64,000 bases of DNA, taken from positions 576,001 through 640,000 of the forward strand of contig CBDBLX010000002.1 of the NCBI GenBank assembly GCA_965207445.1, read 5' to 3'. The notes beneath the pieces were generated by a model. It did no database searches and was not told where the DNA came from. It saw only the letters and a program-made list of their open reading frames with translations. The DNA comes from Nitrosopumilus sp. GTDB lineage: Archaea > Thermoproteota > Nitrososphaeria > Nitrososphaerales > Nitrosopumilaceae. A program made the translations under genes and the position numbers. Below are positions 1 to 10,955 of the stretch, one piece after another; positions within the stretch are counted from its first letter, which is position 1, and every line of letters starts with the position of its first letter.

Positions 1-2
1 CA

Positions 3-212
3 ATGCATCCTGCGTTTGAAGAGGCCAACTTGTCGTATCCGAACATAACATTTGCTCGAGTAAATGTGGATGAATGTCGTGATATTGCAGCTCGATTCAA
101 CATTAACTCAATACCCACTTTTGTCATGTTTAACTCTGGCAAGATTGTTGATACTGTTATGGGTGCTGTGGGACTGCAGGGAATACGTACACTGTGTCAA
201 AGACACTCTTAG
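3..212 (+). CDS. trxA: Thioredoxin, 3' part (truncated by window edge)
   Basis: FARVNVDE...FNINSIPTF...GKIVDTVMGA matches the thioredoxin C-terminal half; the CxxC motif lies outside the window. Confidence 0.85.
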   Translation: MHPAFEEANLSYPNITFARVNVDECRDIAARFNINSIPTFVMFNSGKIVDTVMGAVGLQGIRTLCQRHS

Positions 213-374
213 TTGTCATTTCTCTTTTTTTCTATTTGATTTGTTTGTATATATGTATATATAATATGTATATATAATATGTGTATATGATATATGTGAA
301 TATAAATATATATATAATATATGTGAATAATTGGATTTTCATATATAATACTCATATAATTGATGTGCCCATGA

Positions 375-2230
375 CTAGTACCCATATGCTGGGTCTTTTG
401 TTCTCTGTATCTGTATGATCTTTTCTAATACCTGCTGCTCGTTTTGGCCTAGTTTGTTCCAAAACCTGTTTAGTAGATCTTTTACCTCTCGTGATGATGG
501 TGCTGTATAGTATGTTTGTCCTTCTATTACTTGTCTTCCTATAGTGACGTTGTTTACAGAGCATGCTACTTCTTGTCCCATCGTTGCAACTGGCACTGTC
601 TTTTTGTCAAGTTGCATCTGGTGTATCGTACCTATCTTTCTTGCTGATTCGTTGATAAATGGAACTTTTTGACGCAGCGTCCCTATATCCACACGTATAC
701 CAAACACTGCTGGATTGTTATTCCTAAATGACATATCTTTGAGAAATGTAAATTTTGCAATGGGTGTAATCTCTGAAAATATTGCCTCCTCCTCATTTGC
801 CGAGTCTTCTGCCACCCATGCACTATACGAGTCGATCATACTGTACAGTACTTTGTCCTCGAATATTCGTATGTGTCCTTCTTCTGCCTCTTCTTTTGCA
901 TCTGGTAGTATCTTTGTATTAAATGCCAATACAATTCCCAAATGCCTGTCTTTTTCCTTTATCGCTTTTGCCTGTACAATATCGCGCCTATTGACAGGAC
1001 CAATATCTGCTTTTGATATGGGAATTTTGGCTTCATTTAGCATTGATGTGACTGCTTCAAGTGATCCTATTGTATCGCATTTGAGTATAATGCCCTTTGT
1101 CTGCATATCTTCAACAAATACCGATCTCATCTCCTCTTCTATCATATCTGTATACTTTTTTGTATTCTCTTGTACGTGCTGTCATTGGCTTTAGTTGATA
1201 TTACATATACAGTACTTCCTGGTAGTACACCTTCAAGATCAGGTGATGTTACCTTTAGTCCTGCTGCAGCGTCGACTTGTTGAACTGTGGTAAATTTGTC
1301 ACGTGGGTCACGCATCTCATCTAGTGGCTTTGGTAACAATAATGACTTTGGTTTTGTGACTATAATGTCGTCACGTTTTGCTGCTATTATGATATCATCT
1401 TTTTTTATAGAACCATTAATCAATATCATGTTTGCAGCAGGACCTAGTCCTACTTCGTCGTTTACCTCTAGTATCATTCCCCGTGATGTTTTGTTTGCAG
1501 TCTCAAGATGTTTTTGCATGTATTGTTGTGTCAAGCCAACTAGTACGCTTAAGAGCTCTGGTATTCCTACTCCACTCTTGGCCGATATTGGTACTATTGC
1601 GACTTCACTTTTAAAGTCCTGTACACGATTAAATGCTTCTGACTTGTACTTTTTTATCGACAGCGTACCAACAACATCGTATATCTTTTGGTCTAAATCT
1701 GTTTGAACTGATGTGTATTGTTCCTTGATTGCTTGTGTTATGAAATTTGATTCTGTCTTGCGCCACCCTGATATCTGATCGCATTTATTCAATGCTATGA
1801 CAAATGGCACTTTTCTCTTGCCCAAAATGTCTAGACTCTCTGTGGTTTGTGGCTGAAATCCTCTACTTGCATCAATTACCAATATTGCAATGTCAGCTGC
1901 TGATCCTCCACGTGATCGTAGATTGGTAAAGACCTCGTGTCCGGGTGTGTCAATTACAAGCAGTCCTGGAATTGGGTTTTCTGTCTGCGTCTCTAATCTT
2001 TTGTATAATGGTCCGCATACTTGCTGTATGGTCTGAATTGGAAGAAAGCTGGCGCCTATGTGTTGTGTAATTCCACCCGCTTCTCTCCCTTGAACTCCTG
2101 TACCTCGTATGTAGTCAAGAAGTGACGTCTTACCAGAATCTACATGCCCTAGTACTGCTACTATTGGTTGGCGAATTTTGTTCTTTTTGTCATCAACTTT
2201 ACGTTGAGACTTTGATGGCTCTGAGTGCAA
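375..2230 (-). CDS. infB: Translation initiation factor IF-2 (aIF5B), split by a single-base frameshift near 1145-1185
   Basis: GHVDSGKT, REAGGITQHIGA, DTPGHE and NKCD G-domain motifs in ORF 1142..2230; KCDTIGSLEA and C-terminal domains in ORF 375..1145; one extra A in the A6 run (T6 at 1156-1161) rejoins the frames. Confidence 0.92.
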
Positions 2231-2236
2231 CTTGAT

Positions 2237-2644
2237 TCACCCAAAAACCACCTTTGATTCGTGCTCAAAACTGTTTTGGGAATCTGATGCGTGTATTATA
2301 TTATCTGTAAATCCTAATCCATAGTCACCACGTATGGAGCCTGGCGACGCCTCAAATGACTTTGTAGCGCCTATCATTATACGTACAGATGAGACTGCAT
2401 GCTCACCTTGTATTACTGCTGCAACGACGCGCCCTGAGCATATAAAAGACGTCAATTCCTCAAAGAATGGCTTGTCTTTATGTACATTGTAAAACTCTTC
2501 TGCTTGTTGTTTTGTAAACTGAAACATCTTTAACTCTAAAATCTCAAATCCTTTGGTCTCGAATCTTGCTATTATGGAGCCTGTTAGGTTTCGTCTTACA
2601 GCATCTGGTTTTATTATAAATAATGTCTTTTCTACTTTTTGCAA
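2237..2644 (-). CDS. ndk: Nucleoside diphosphate kinase
   Basis: EKTLFIIKPDAV, PGSIRGDYG and NIIHASDS motifs. Confidence 0.97.
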   Translation of the reverse strand: MQKVEKTLFIIKPDAVRRNLTGSIIARFETKGFEILELKMFQFTKQQAEEFYNVHKDKPFFEELTSFICSGRVVAAVIQGEHAVSSVRIMIGATKSFEASPGSIRGDYGLGFTDNIIHASDSQNSFEHESKVVFG

Positions 2645-2649
2645 TCAAA

Positions 2650-2850
2650 TCACTTTCTTCTAATTCCACCCTTTACGTATTTTTTTGTCCACTTTAGTTT
2701 TCTAGGATCACGTTTTAACTCTAGCGCATTCTTTTTACACTTTGATGAGCAAAACCACATTACCGTGCCATCATTTTTGGCAAGCATAGTACCTGACCCT
2801 TTTGCTATTGGTTTGCCACAAAAACTACACAGTTGTATTAACAGACTCAT
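2650..2850 (-). CDS. rpl24e: 50S ribosomal protein L24e
   Basis: CSFCG...FCSSKC...RDPRKLKWT; conserved archaeal rpl7ae-rps28e-rpl24e-ndk-infB order. Confidence 0.96.
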   Translation of the reverse strand: MSLLIQLCSFCGKPIAKGSGTMLAKNDGTVMWFCSSKCKKNALELKRDPRKLKWTKKYVKGGIRRK

Positions 2851-2899
2851 TTAACATCTATACCCTTTTCTCTATTTTTTTAATACTAGTGTATATACC

Positions 2900-3151
2900 C
2901 TACTTTATCTTTTTAGCTTCTCGTTCAGTCTCCCTTAGCATCAGAATCTCTCCTACTCTAATTGAGCCTTTGACGTTTCGAGTCAGTATACGTCCTTTAT
3001 CCTTACCTGTAAGTATGCGAACTCTGACTTGTATGACCTCACCTGCAATACCTGTGCGTCCTACTATTTGTATGATCTCTGATTGCACTACCTCATCTGC
3101 AACAGATACTGTTGTACTGGCTGATGATTTTTTTGATGAATCTGTACTCAT
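2900..3151 (-). CDS. rps28e: 30S ribosomal protein S28e
   Basis: [14 protein letters not shown]...RNVKG...LRETEREA. Confidence 0.96.
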   Translation of the reverse strand: MSTDSSKKSSASTTVSVADEVVQSEIIQIVGRTGIAGEVIQVRVRILTGKDKGRILTRNVKGSIRVGEILMLRETEREAKKIK

Positions 3152-3534
3152 TTACTGTCTGCGCCGTCCTTTATCTTGGCAATTGACGTTATCACTTGGT
3201 CTATGATGTGTTGTGCTTCTCCTGCATCAAGTATGGCAGCAGCTGCAGATGTAATGTCTATGCCAATCGAATTACCAAGATCATTTTTAGATGGGACAAA
3301 CGCATACGCTACTCCTTGTTCTTCGCACAATATTGGAAGGTGTGCTACCACTTCTGGAGGCTCTACATCTTCTGCAATTACGATCAATTTTGATGTGCCT
3401 CGTTCAATTGCTTTTGTTGCCTCGTTTGTCCCTTTTTTGACCTTGCCACTTGTTGCAGCAATTCTAACTGCCTCTAAAATTGGACTAACTAGATCTTCTG
3501 GTGTCTCAAACTTAACATAATATGCCTTTGCCAT
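3148..3534 (-). CDS. rpl7ae: 50S ribosomal protein L7Ae
   Basis: [14 protein letters not shown]...[15 protein letters not shown]. Confidence 0.97.
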   Translation of the reverse strand: MAKAYYVKFETPEDLVSPILEAVRIAATSGKVKKGTNEATKAIERGTSKLIVIAEDVEPPEVVAHLPILCEEQGVAYAFVPSKNDLGNSIGIDITSAAAAILDAGEAQHIIDQVITSIAKIKDGADSK

Positions 3535-3823
3535 TGTGTGTGTTCTCCTTTTGTGTCATTTTCTGTATGTCTGCTCTAGATTTTGGTTTTAAAAGTGTTG
3601 AGTGTTTTGATTATGTTCGGTGTTTTGGCACTTGTTATACAAATAGCACTCTTGTATGATCAAATATGTACCAGATCTACTCTGACAATTAAAGACATGT
3701 ATCATTTATTACACTAGATTATTTTCATCTTGTCTATTTTGTTATACTGTATTATGTTTTCTAATTTTTGAACACATATGGATAATCTGAAATCATAAAT
3801 AGTTTTTAAAACTAGAATGTTTA

Positions 3824-4693
3824 ATGGTGGCAAAACCCAAGACTATCAAAAGTATGATAAAGCGAAAGAAAAAGCCGCTTGTGATTCCTGGTGTATATGA
3901 TGCGCTTGGCGCTAGGATTGTAGAGAAGACTGGGTTTGGTGCAATGTTTCAAACAGGATATGGAACATCCGCATCGCTTCTTGGAATGCCTGACTATGGG
4001 TTTATTGGGGCAGCAGAAACTGTTGAGAATGCAAGACGTATTTGTAGCGCAACTGATATTCCTGTTATAGTTGACTCTGATACTGGATATGGTAATGCAC
4101 TGAGTGTATGGAAGCTTGTGAGGGATCTGCAATCTGCTGGTGCATCTGGGATGTTTTTAGAAGATCAAAAATGGCCAAAACGTTGTGGTCATATGCGTGG
4201 TAAAGATGTTGTGTCTCAAGAAGAATACACTGAAAAGTTAGGTGCTGCTGTTGATGCTAAACAAGACCGTGACTTTGTTATCGTGTCTAGAACTGATGCA
4301 CGCGCAACAAATGGATTGGATGATGCAATTGAGCGTGCAAAAGAGAACAAAAAGATTGGTGCAGACGCGATATTTGTAGAAGCTCCTCGTTCAATTGATG
4401 AGATGAAAAAAATTGGCAAAGAAATTCGCGCCCCCCTTGTTGCAAACATGATTGAGGGTGGTGTTACGCCACTGTACCCGGCGCAAAAATTACATGATAT
4501 GGGATTTAATATTATCTTGTATCCACTTTCGGTGTTATTTGCAAGCGCGTTTGCTACATCAAAAATACTCTCAGAGCTGTATAATACAGGTACTACTACA
4601 AAGTCAAAAAGAGCTGCGGTAAGTTTTGATCAGTTCAATGATATTGTTGATTTAAATAAATTCCAAAAATTGGAGCACAGATATGGTGCATAA
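3824..4693 (+). CDS. Isocitrate lyase/PEP mutase superfamily enzyme (methylisocitrate lyase-like)
   Basis: DSDTGYG, EDQKWPKRCGH and RTDA motifs. Confidence 0.88.
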   Translation: MVAKPKTIKSMIKRKKKPLVIPGVYDALGARIVEKTGFGAMFQTGYGTSASLLGMPDYGFIGAAETVENARRICSATDIPVIVDSDTGYGNALSVWKLVRDLQSAGASGMFLEDQKWPKRCGHMRGKDVVSQEEYTEKLGAAVDAKQDRDFVIVSRTDARATNGLDDAIERAKENKKIGADAIFVEAPRSIDEMKKIGKEIRAPLVANMIEGGVTPLYPAQKLHDMGFNIILYPLSVLFASAFATSKILSELYNTGTTTKSKRAAVSFDQFNDIVDLNKFQKLEHRYGA

Positions 4694-5161
4694 TCTATGT
4701 TTACTTTTATGTGAATAATGTGATGTGTTTAACTATTATTGATTTTAAAATAACCTGTCATTTAGAAATCATTGTATGTAATGGGGATTTTTAATGTGTA
4801 ATCATTATATATTATTTTAATCAAAAAAATAATTTTTATATATATATAAAATATGACTGAATTTGACTGTAAATGTGACTGTAAACATAACTTGACACTT
4901 TTTTTAATTATATATAATAAATTTGAGATGGAAATTGAATGTATGTATGTACAATCTATGTGCATACAATATATGTATATAAAATATGTGTATACAATAT
5001 GTGTATACAATATGTGCCAACTTTAAGACATCAAAGAGATTAAAAATAATGATCTTGTATACCATGCATCAAACATGCACAAATTGGCAGAGTTGTACAA
5101 TTTAGTTGATTATCAATAATCGGAGAATAAAAATAGAAAAAAAAAGTCCAAGAAAGAAAAC

Positions 5162-5449
5162 TCACTCGGGGTTTCTCTTTACTTCGATCTCAATCGTCGA
5201 TACGTTTCGCGTTCGTCCGTCCTGAGACTTGAGGGACTCGGAACCTATTCGGATATCCCCAATAGTGCAGCCAGCAATCTCAGTCTTTCTCAAGACTAGT
5301 TGGGCAACATCAACTGCATGCCCTATGCTGAGCCCCCGAGCCTTGATGTTTACTTTTGGTAAGTTGACCAACTGAATGGCAGTTGCCGTGACGTATGTCA
5401 TCAGTGGTTTTTTACCAATGAATATGGTGTCTCTTGCTTCGGTAGACAT
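5162..5449 (-). CDS. albA: Alba DNA/RNA-binding protein
   Basis: IFIGKKPLMTYV...IKARGLSI..AVDVA...VSTIEI. Confidence 0.95.
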   Translation of the reverse strand: MSTEARDTIFIGKKPLMTYVTATAIQLVNLPKVNIKARGLSIGHAVDVAQLVLRKTEIAGCTIGDIRIGSESLKSQDGRTRNVSTIEIEVKRNPE

Positions 5450-5701
5450 TGAAGAAAACTCTTATGGGCATTATTTAAAGTTAAAATATTGACTGCAAAT
5501 CGGCTCCATCTTAAAATTTTTGATCAGATAATGTTTATTATGGCCACCTGTGACCGTTAGCATAATTTTCTTTAGACATGTATATCATGAATTTAGACAG
5601 TTTACAAAAACGTTCACTTCATAACTCTCCGCCATCACTACTCTCATTTGTCATTCTAGATGTGCATAGAACAAATGTTATGGTACGTGGTAGAGTCCGC
5701 A

Positions 5702-5783
5702 GTAACCGTTCATCCCATTCCTAAATTTAGGCACAAATTCACCACCTAACATCTGGCGCAGGTACGGGGGGTTGAACGGTTAC
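5702..5783. mobile_element. MITE family A copy (82 bp; TIR GTAACCGTTCA...TGAACGGTTAC)
   Basis: Terminal inverted repeats; internal sequence shared with copies at 20494-20574 and 49066-49145. Confidence 0.8.
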
Positions 5784-5825
5784 GACCTTACGATCTGATC
5801 TAGAGTCCAGCACACGTAATGTGTG

Positions 5826-5905
5826 GACAGATAATCAAGTCAAAGCCGCATCTGTACTACTCTGGGCTTGGGGGGGGGGGGAGTGATTGGGGGTTGAACG
5901 GTTAC
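5826..5905. mobile_element. End of a longer family-A-type element, finishing in TGAACGGTTAC
   Basis: Reverse-complement homologue of 63138-63219 (GATAATCAAGT..AAAGCCGC.TCTG...CTACTCTGGGCTTG). Confidence 0.7.
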
Positions 5906-5935
5906 AACGTGCAGAATCATATTCTAATTTTATAA

Positions 5936-6502
5936 TCATTTTATACATAATTTATCAAGCAATAGTGCAAGATTTGGATCTTTTTGAATCTCATCTGACC
6001 ACTCATCTGTTATCTTCTCATGTAATGTTGTGGGGATCGTAATACCTGCTTTGATTATTGCCTGCGCGGCGCTTTTTTTAACCTGCGCATTCTTATCAAA
6101 TAGCGCATTGTATAGTGTATCTTGCACATTTTGAGTACCTGCACCTAAATGCCCTAGTGCACCTATGGCACATGATCTGACCGTAGAGTGCTCATCATCT
6201 GATAGTCTTATCAACTCGGGAATTGCATCTCTGTCATTGCGATTTGCTAACGCTAGTGATGCAAATCCTCTAATGTTCTTGTTGGTGGAATTAAGACTCT
6301 TTATCAAACATTTGGATATTTTTTCACTCTTGTTTAACAACAACAAACTAAATGCCTCACCTCTCACCCTTATATCATCATCATTAAGTTTGACAATTAC
6401 ATGTTCTATGATATTTGGCGAACTGACATCTATTAGACTCTCTAGTGCTTGAATCTTTTGCTCACTACTGCCATTTTGTAATGTGTCTGTAATGTCACTC
6501 AA
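5936..6502 (-). CDS. HEAT-repeat protein
   Basis: Repeated L.D.D..VR..A...L helical-repeat units. Confidence 0.85.
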   Translation of the reverse strand: MSDITDTLQNGSSEQKIQALESLIDVSSPNIIEHVIVKLNDDDIRVRGEAFSLLLLNKSEKISKCLIKSLNSTNKNIRGFASLALANRNDRDAIPELIRLSDDEHSTVRSCAIGALGHLGAGTQNVQDTLYNALFDKNAQVKKSAAQAIIKAGITIPTTLHEKITDEWSDEIQKDPNLALLLDKLCIK

Positions 6503-6584
6503 TATACTCCGATAACATAAAACTCAAGTTAAATGTTGGTACATTTGTGTAAAATAATTATTTGTTTTAATTACATATATGAAA

Positions 6585-7202
6585 TTATTCTATTGTAATT
6601 TTTTGTGAATTGTTATTTTGTTCATCTGCATCTTTTCTGTTTGCATCTTTTTCATCTGCATCTTTTTGTTGATGATCAGAGTCTTCTTGTTCATCATCTA
6701 TTCTCTTTAACTCGTTTATGAGAAATTGTCGATATGCTGTTTTACCTTGTATTGTACTATACTGATATTCTCCCAAAATGTATCCTATTGATGATATGCG
6801 TTCCATCACATCTGTTGCAACAAATCTGCCTACATCTCCAAGTCTACACATTACATCGATCTGATCTTTTATTCCCTTGCTTATCTTGTGCATGTCTTTG
6901 ACTGTATCGATTCCTTTTTCGGTAAGTGTATATTTAATATTTTTTTTATTTCGTGTCTTTTCTATATTCTCGTCTTTGTCTTTATCTCTAATTTCTGTTA
7001 TTATACCTTCATCTAAAAGTCTGCCAAGCAATGGGTATATCAGACCCGGTGATGGGCTCCATTTGCCATTGCTGTCTTGCTCTGCTCTATTAATGATCTC
7101 TTTTCCTGTATGTGGTCCCTCTTTTAAAATCTCGACTACATAACACCTTGAGAATCCTCTTGGTATAACACTCTTGACACTATCGAGCCATTTTGAACTC
7201 AT
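6585..7202 (-). CDS. PadR-family transcriptional regulator
   Basis: PRGFSR...WSPSPGLIYPLLGRL...KYTLTEKG winged-helix signature. Confidence 0.88.
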   Translation of the reverse strand: MSSKWLDSVKSVIPRGFSRCYVVEILKEGPHTGKEIINRAEQDSNGKWSPSPGLIYPLLGRLLDEGIITEIRDKDKDENIEKTRNKKNIKYTLTEKGIDTVKDMHKISKGIKDQIDVMCRLGDVGRFVATDVMERISSIGYILGEYQYSTIQGKTAYRQFLINELKRIDDEQEDSDHQQKDADEKDANRKDADEQNNNSQKITIE

Positions 7203-7291
7203 AATTGTATATCGCAAGCGATATATTTAACTTTTTGATATTGGTCTTTCATCTATTACATTTTTAATATCTCAGTATGATGGTTTGTTCA

Positions 7292-9010
7292 ATGGTAGAT
7301 ACCATAGAGTATGACATGCTAATATGTGGATCTGGCCTTGCAGGACTCAGGGCTGCTATCTCTGCTGCCAAAACTGCGCCAAGCCTAAAGATTGCAATCG
7401 TCTCAAAGTTACAAGTAATGCGCTCGCATTCTGTTTCTGCAGAAGGTGGAACTGCTGCAGTGTTGTTTGAGGATGAAGGTGATACGATAGAGTCACATGT
7501 ATATGATACTGTAAAGGGAAGTGACTTTCTTGCTGACCAAGATGTTGCTGAACGCCTCTGCGTTGAGATGCCTCGCGAGGTACGTCAGTTAGACCACTGG
7601 GGAATGCCATGGTCTCGTCGTAAGGATGGGCGTATTGATCAACGAAATTTTGGAGGGTACAGTTTTCCGCGTGCAACTTTTGCCTCTGATAAAGTAGGCT
7701 TTTTTGAGATGCAGACTTTGTATGACACGTGCTTAAAATTTGATAATATATCGTATTTGAATGAGTGGTTTGCCACATCTATCATACATGATGGCAAGCG
7801 ATTTGTAGGAATCACTGCAATTGAGATTGGCAGTGGTACGTTTTATTCTATAAAGGCAAAGTCACTAATAATTGCAACAGGCGGCGCAGGCAGACTGTAC
7901 AGCTTTTCGACATATGCACTGTCCTCTACTCCAGATGGACTTGATATGGGATTTCGAGCCGGCATGGCCCTCAAAGATATGGAATTTGTACAGTTTCACC
8001 CTACTGGTATAATACCATCTGGTATATTGATCACAGAGGGTGCACGTGGTGAAGGAGGTTATCTATTAAACAACAAAGGTGAGAGGTTTATGAAGCGATA
8101 TGCTGCATCGAAGATGGAGCTTGCACCGCGTGATATTGTGTCTCGATCTATAATGACTGAGATAAATGAAGGTAGAGGATTCAAACATGAAACAGGTGTT
8201 GATTGTATGAAACTTGATCTACGACATATTGGTGATGAGCGGATAAAAGAGAAACTAGGTGCCATACGTGAAATCTCAATCAAGTTTTCTGGTATTGATC
8301 CTTCCAAAGATCTTTTAGATATTAGACCTGTCTGTCATTATATGATGGGTGGACTCCATACAAACATTGATGGTGCAACTGAGATACAAGGGGTGTGGGC
8401 TGCAGGTGAAGCTGCATGTAATAGTGTACATGGCTCAAACCGATTGGGTGCAAATTCGACTTCTGAGTGTATAGTGTGGGGCAAAATAACTGGTGAGCTA
8501 GCAGCACGTTATGCACTAGAACAATCCACAGTACCAAGGCCGCCTTGGCCCCATCATCTTGTAGCAGAAGAAGAAAAGCGAATTTACGATGGTATATTTC
8601 GTGGTGGGGGTCATGCAAACCCATATGAGATACGACAGAAACTTACAGATACGTTGAATGACGGGGCATATGTGTATCGTGATGAAAAGTCACTTGTAAA
8701 AGGACTTCGTACCGTACGTGATTTGCGTCAGCAATCTTGGAAACATGTTGATGACAAGGCATCTGAATACAATACAAACTTTGTAAACGTGATGGAGATT
8801 GACTCTATGTTCAGAGTAGCTGAGATAGTTCTTGTGGGTGCAATAAATAGAAAAGAATCCCGTGGCGCACATGCACGTACTGACTATCCCAAGCGTGACG
8901 ATGAGAACTTTTTACACCACACATTAGCATATTATGATCTTGAGGGACCTATAATGAAGACACATCCTGTCACAATTACCAAATACAAGCCTGTGGAGAG
9001 GAAATATTGA
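7292..9010 (+). CDS. sdhA: Succinate dehydrogenase/fumarate reductase flavoprotein subunit
   Basis: GSGLAG, RSHSVSAEGG, QFHPT, HYMMGG, HGSNRLG and ESRGAH motifs; alternative start at 7277. Confidence 0.96.
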   Translation: MVDTIEYDMLICGSGLAGLRAAISAAKTAPSLKIAIVSKLQVMRSHSVSAEGGTAAVLFEDEGDTIESHVYDTVKGSDFLADQDVAERLCVEMPREVRQLDHWGMPWSRRKDGRIDQRNFGGYSFPRATFASDKVGFFEMQTLYDTCLKFDNISYLNEWFATSIIHDGKRFVGITAIEIGSGTFYSIKAKSLIIATGGAGRLYSFSTYALSSTPDGLDMGFRAGMALKDMEFVQFHPTGIIPSGILITEGARGEGGYLLNNKGERFMKRYAASKMELAPRDIVSRSIMTEINEGRGFKHETGVDCMKLDLRHIGDERIKEKLGAIREISIKFSGIDPSKDLLDIRPVCHYMMGGLHTNIDGATEIQGVWAAGEAACNSVHGSNRLGANSTSECIVWGKITGELAARYALEQSTVPRPPWPHHLVAEEEKRIYDGIFRGGGHANPYEIRQKLTDTLNDGAYVYRDEKSLVKGLRTVRDLRQQSWKHVDDKASEYNTNFVNVMEIDSMFRVAEIVLVGAINRKESRGAHARTDYPKRDDENFLHHTLAYYDLEGPIMKTHPVTITKYKPVERKY

Positions 9011-9489
9011 TGTCTTCGTCTGAGAATAATTCTGATGTTGTGAATCAAAGTAATACTGATCCACGCCAGCCAAACAAGGCCGGTGTAGGTGGAATGATCA
9101 ATCCTGGAAAATATGGGATTGAACGCGTTGCATATTGGCTTATGCGTCTTACTGGATTGGGGTTGCTTGCATATTTTATCGGACACATCTATGAAACTAG
9201 TAGTATACTTCAAGGAAAGATGGGCTGGGACGAGTTTCTGGCAATGACGCAGACAGCAGAGGGGCATATTGTACTTGCAATTGTGATTGGAATGTGCGTA
9301 TTTCATACTGTGAATGGAATTCGAGTGATGATGGGACATGGGGGTATAGGTGTGGGCCGCGCCGCAAGGCCTGATTACCCATATACACCTGCATCTCAGA
9401 ACTATAGACACAAGATTGGTATTTACACTGCAATTGTGTTGGCTGCTGTTGCCATGATGTATGGACTTGCAGTAATGTTTGGTGTATGA
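9010..9489 (+). CDS. sdhC: Succinate dehydrogenase cytochrome b subunit
   Basis: Three TM segments, HTVNGIR heme motif, operon position. Confidence 0.88.
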   Translation: MSSSENNSDVVNQSNTDPRQPNKAGVGGMINPGKYGIERVAYWLMRLTGLGLLAYFIGHIYETSSILQGKMGWDEFLAMTQTAEGHIVLAIVIGMCVFHTVNGIRVMMGHGGIGVGRAARPDYPYTPASQNYRHKIGIYTAIVLAAVAMMYGLAVMFGV

Positions 9490-9565
9490 TTGTATGATGA
9501 TAAAAGATGGTGTATGTGTGTATGATGATGAACAACTGGATGGCAAAACATTGGATGGTGAATAA

Positions 9566-9913
9566 ATGATCAAAGAATCTACAATAATGAAGATACACTA
9601 TGGTACCGCGCTTGCAGCAGTTGCACTTGTTGCAGTACATGTGTTGATGCGATTAACATCAGGCTTTGCCGAATCATTGGAATATGAGACTGTTCTTGCA
9701 AACTATAGATTTTTACCATATGCACTGATGCTTGAGATTATCTTGATTCTGCTTTCAATACATGGGTTTAATGGTTTACGTGTAATACTGCTTGAGCTAA
9801 AACAAGGACCACGATACGAAAAGACGGTCTCGTATGGTTGTGTGGTTGCCATGTTTGTATTAATTGCGTATGGTTCGCGAACCATTATTATGACCAATAT
9901 GGGGATGGTATAG
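9566..9913 (+). CDS. sdhD: Succinate dehydrogenase membrane anchor subunit
   Basis: TM segments, HGFNGLRVILLE, operon position. Confidence 0.87.
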   Translation: MIKESTIMKIHYGTALAAVALVAVHVLMRLTSGFAESLEYETVLANYRFLPYALMLEIILILLSIHGFNGLRVILLELKQGPRYEKTVSYGCVVAMFVLIAYGSRTIIMTNMGMV

Positions 9914-9914
9914 T

Positions 9915-10703
9915 ATGTCAAGTGTCACTAGTAGTAGTAGTAGTAATGAAACGTCACAGCCTCGTACGATCACACTTCGAATTGCACGCAGCAATCCTCA
10001 GAGTGAAAAAGATGCCAATACGATAACTAGTGGGTTTGATGAATTTGATGTACAATATGAAAAATGGACTACTGTACTTGATGCCATACTGGAAGTAAAA
10101 AAGAAACTTGATCACTCTATTGCAGTAAGATATTCGTGCAGACAAGCTACTTGTGGTTCATGTGGCATGATGATAAATGGCAGGCCTCGACTGGCATGTT
10201 TTACAAAGATCGATGAGCTTGATTCTTCTACCGTAACGACTGAGCCACTACAAAATTATCCTGTAATTCGTGATTTGGCAGTTGGATTTGATAGTTTGTT
10301 TGATAAACACCGCTCGATAAACCCGTATCTTGATAGAGATGACACGGAACTAGACAATATCACGGATCCTCGAAGCCTCAAAGAGTATCCTCAATCACCA
10401 AAAGAGTTAGAATCGTATATTCAGTTTGCAAACTGTATAAAGTGTGGTCTGTGTAATGCCGCATGTCCTACTATGGCAACTGACTCTACATTTTTGGGTC
10501 CACAGGCACTTGCTCAAGCGTATCGCTATGTGGGTGATAGCAGAGACAAGGGTAAGGACTCTAGATTAAAGGTAATTGATGACTCACATGGAATATGGCG
10601 TTGTCACTTTGCAGGGTCTTGCAGTCAGGTATGTCCAAAGGGTGTGGATCCTGCTATGGGAATTCAAATGTTACGTGGATACATGCTTGGATTCAGAAAA
10701 TAA
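9915..10703 (+). CDS. sdhB: Succinate dehydrogenase iron-sulfur subunit
   Basis: SCRQATCGSC, CIKCGLCNAACP and CHFAGSCSQVCPKG cluster motifs. Confidence 0.96.
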   Translation: MSSVTSSSSSNETSQPRTITLRIARSNPQSEKDANTITSGFDEFDVQYEKWTTVLDAILEVKKKLDHSIAVRYSCRQATCGSCGMMINGRPRLACFTKIDELDSSTVTTEPLQNYPVIRDLAVGFDSLFDKHRSINPYLDRDDTELDNITDPRSLKEYPQSPKELESYIQFANCIKCGLCNAACPTMATDSTFLGPQALAQAYRYVGDSRDKGKDSRLKVIDDSHGIWRCHFAGSCSQVCPKGVDPAMGIQMLRGYMLGFRK

Positions 10704-10955
10704 CTTTTGTATATCTAAAAACTATTTTATTTTTGCTAATTTTTAATATTGTTTGTGTTACTTTGATTGCGTGTGATTTTGTATGCAAAAAATACTGAGA
10801 CAGTTCTTGTGAGTGTGGCAAGTTGTGACTAATTTTCGTCATTTGTTCTTGTGTATGGGTTGGCCGATTGGTTTTATTCCAATTATTATCAACCCATCTT
10901 TATTAAATGGCGATTAAGTGGAGTTGTATCTTTTTTGCTTTATGCCGACTTGTAC

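Noticed and set aside
1150..1165. Canonical programmed -1 ribosomal frameshift in infB
   Set aside because: The A-AAA-AAG heptamer is in the wrong phase relative to the upstream frame, and no stimulatory structure was evident
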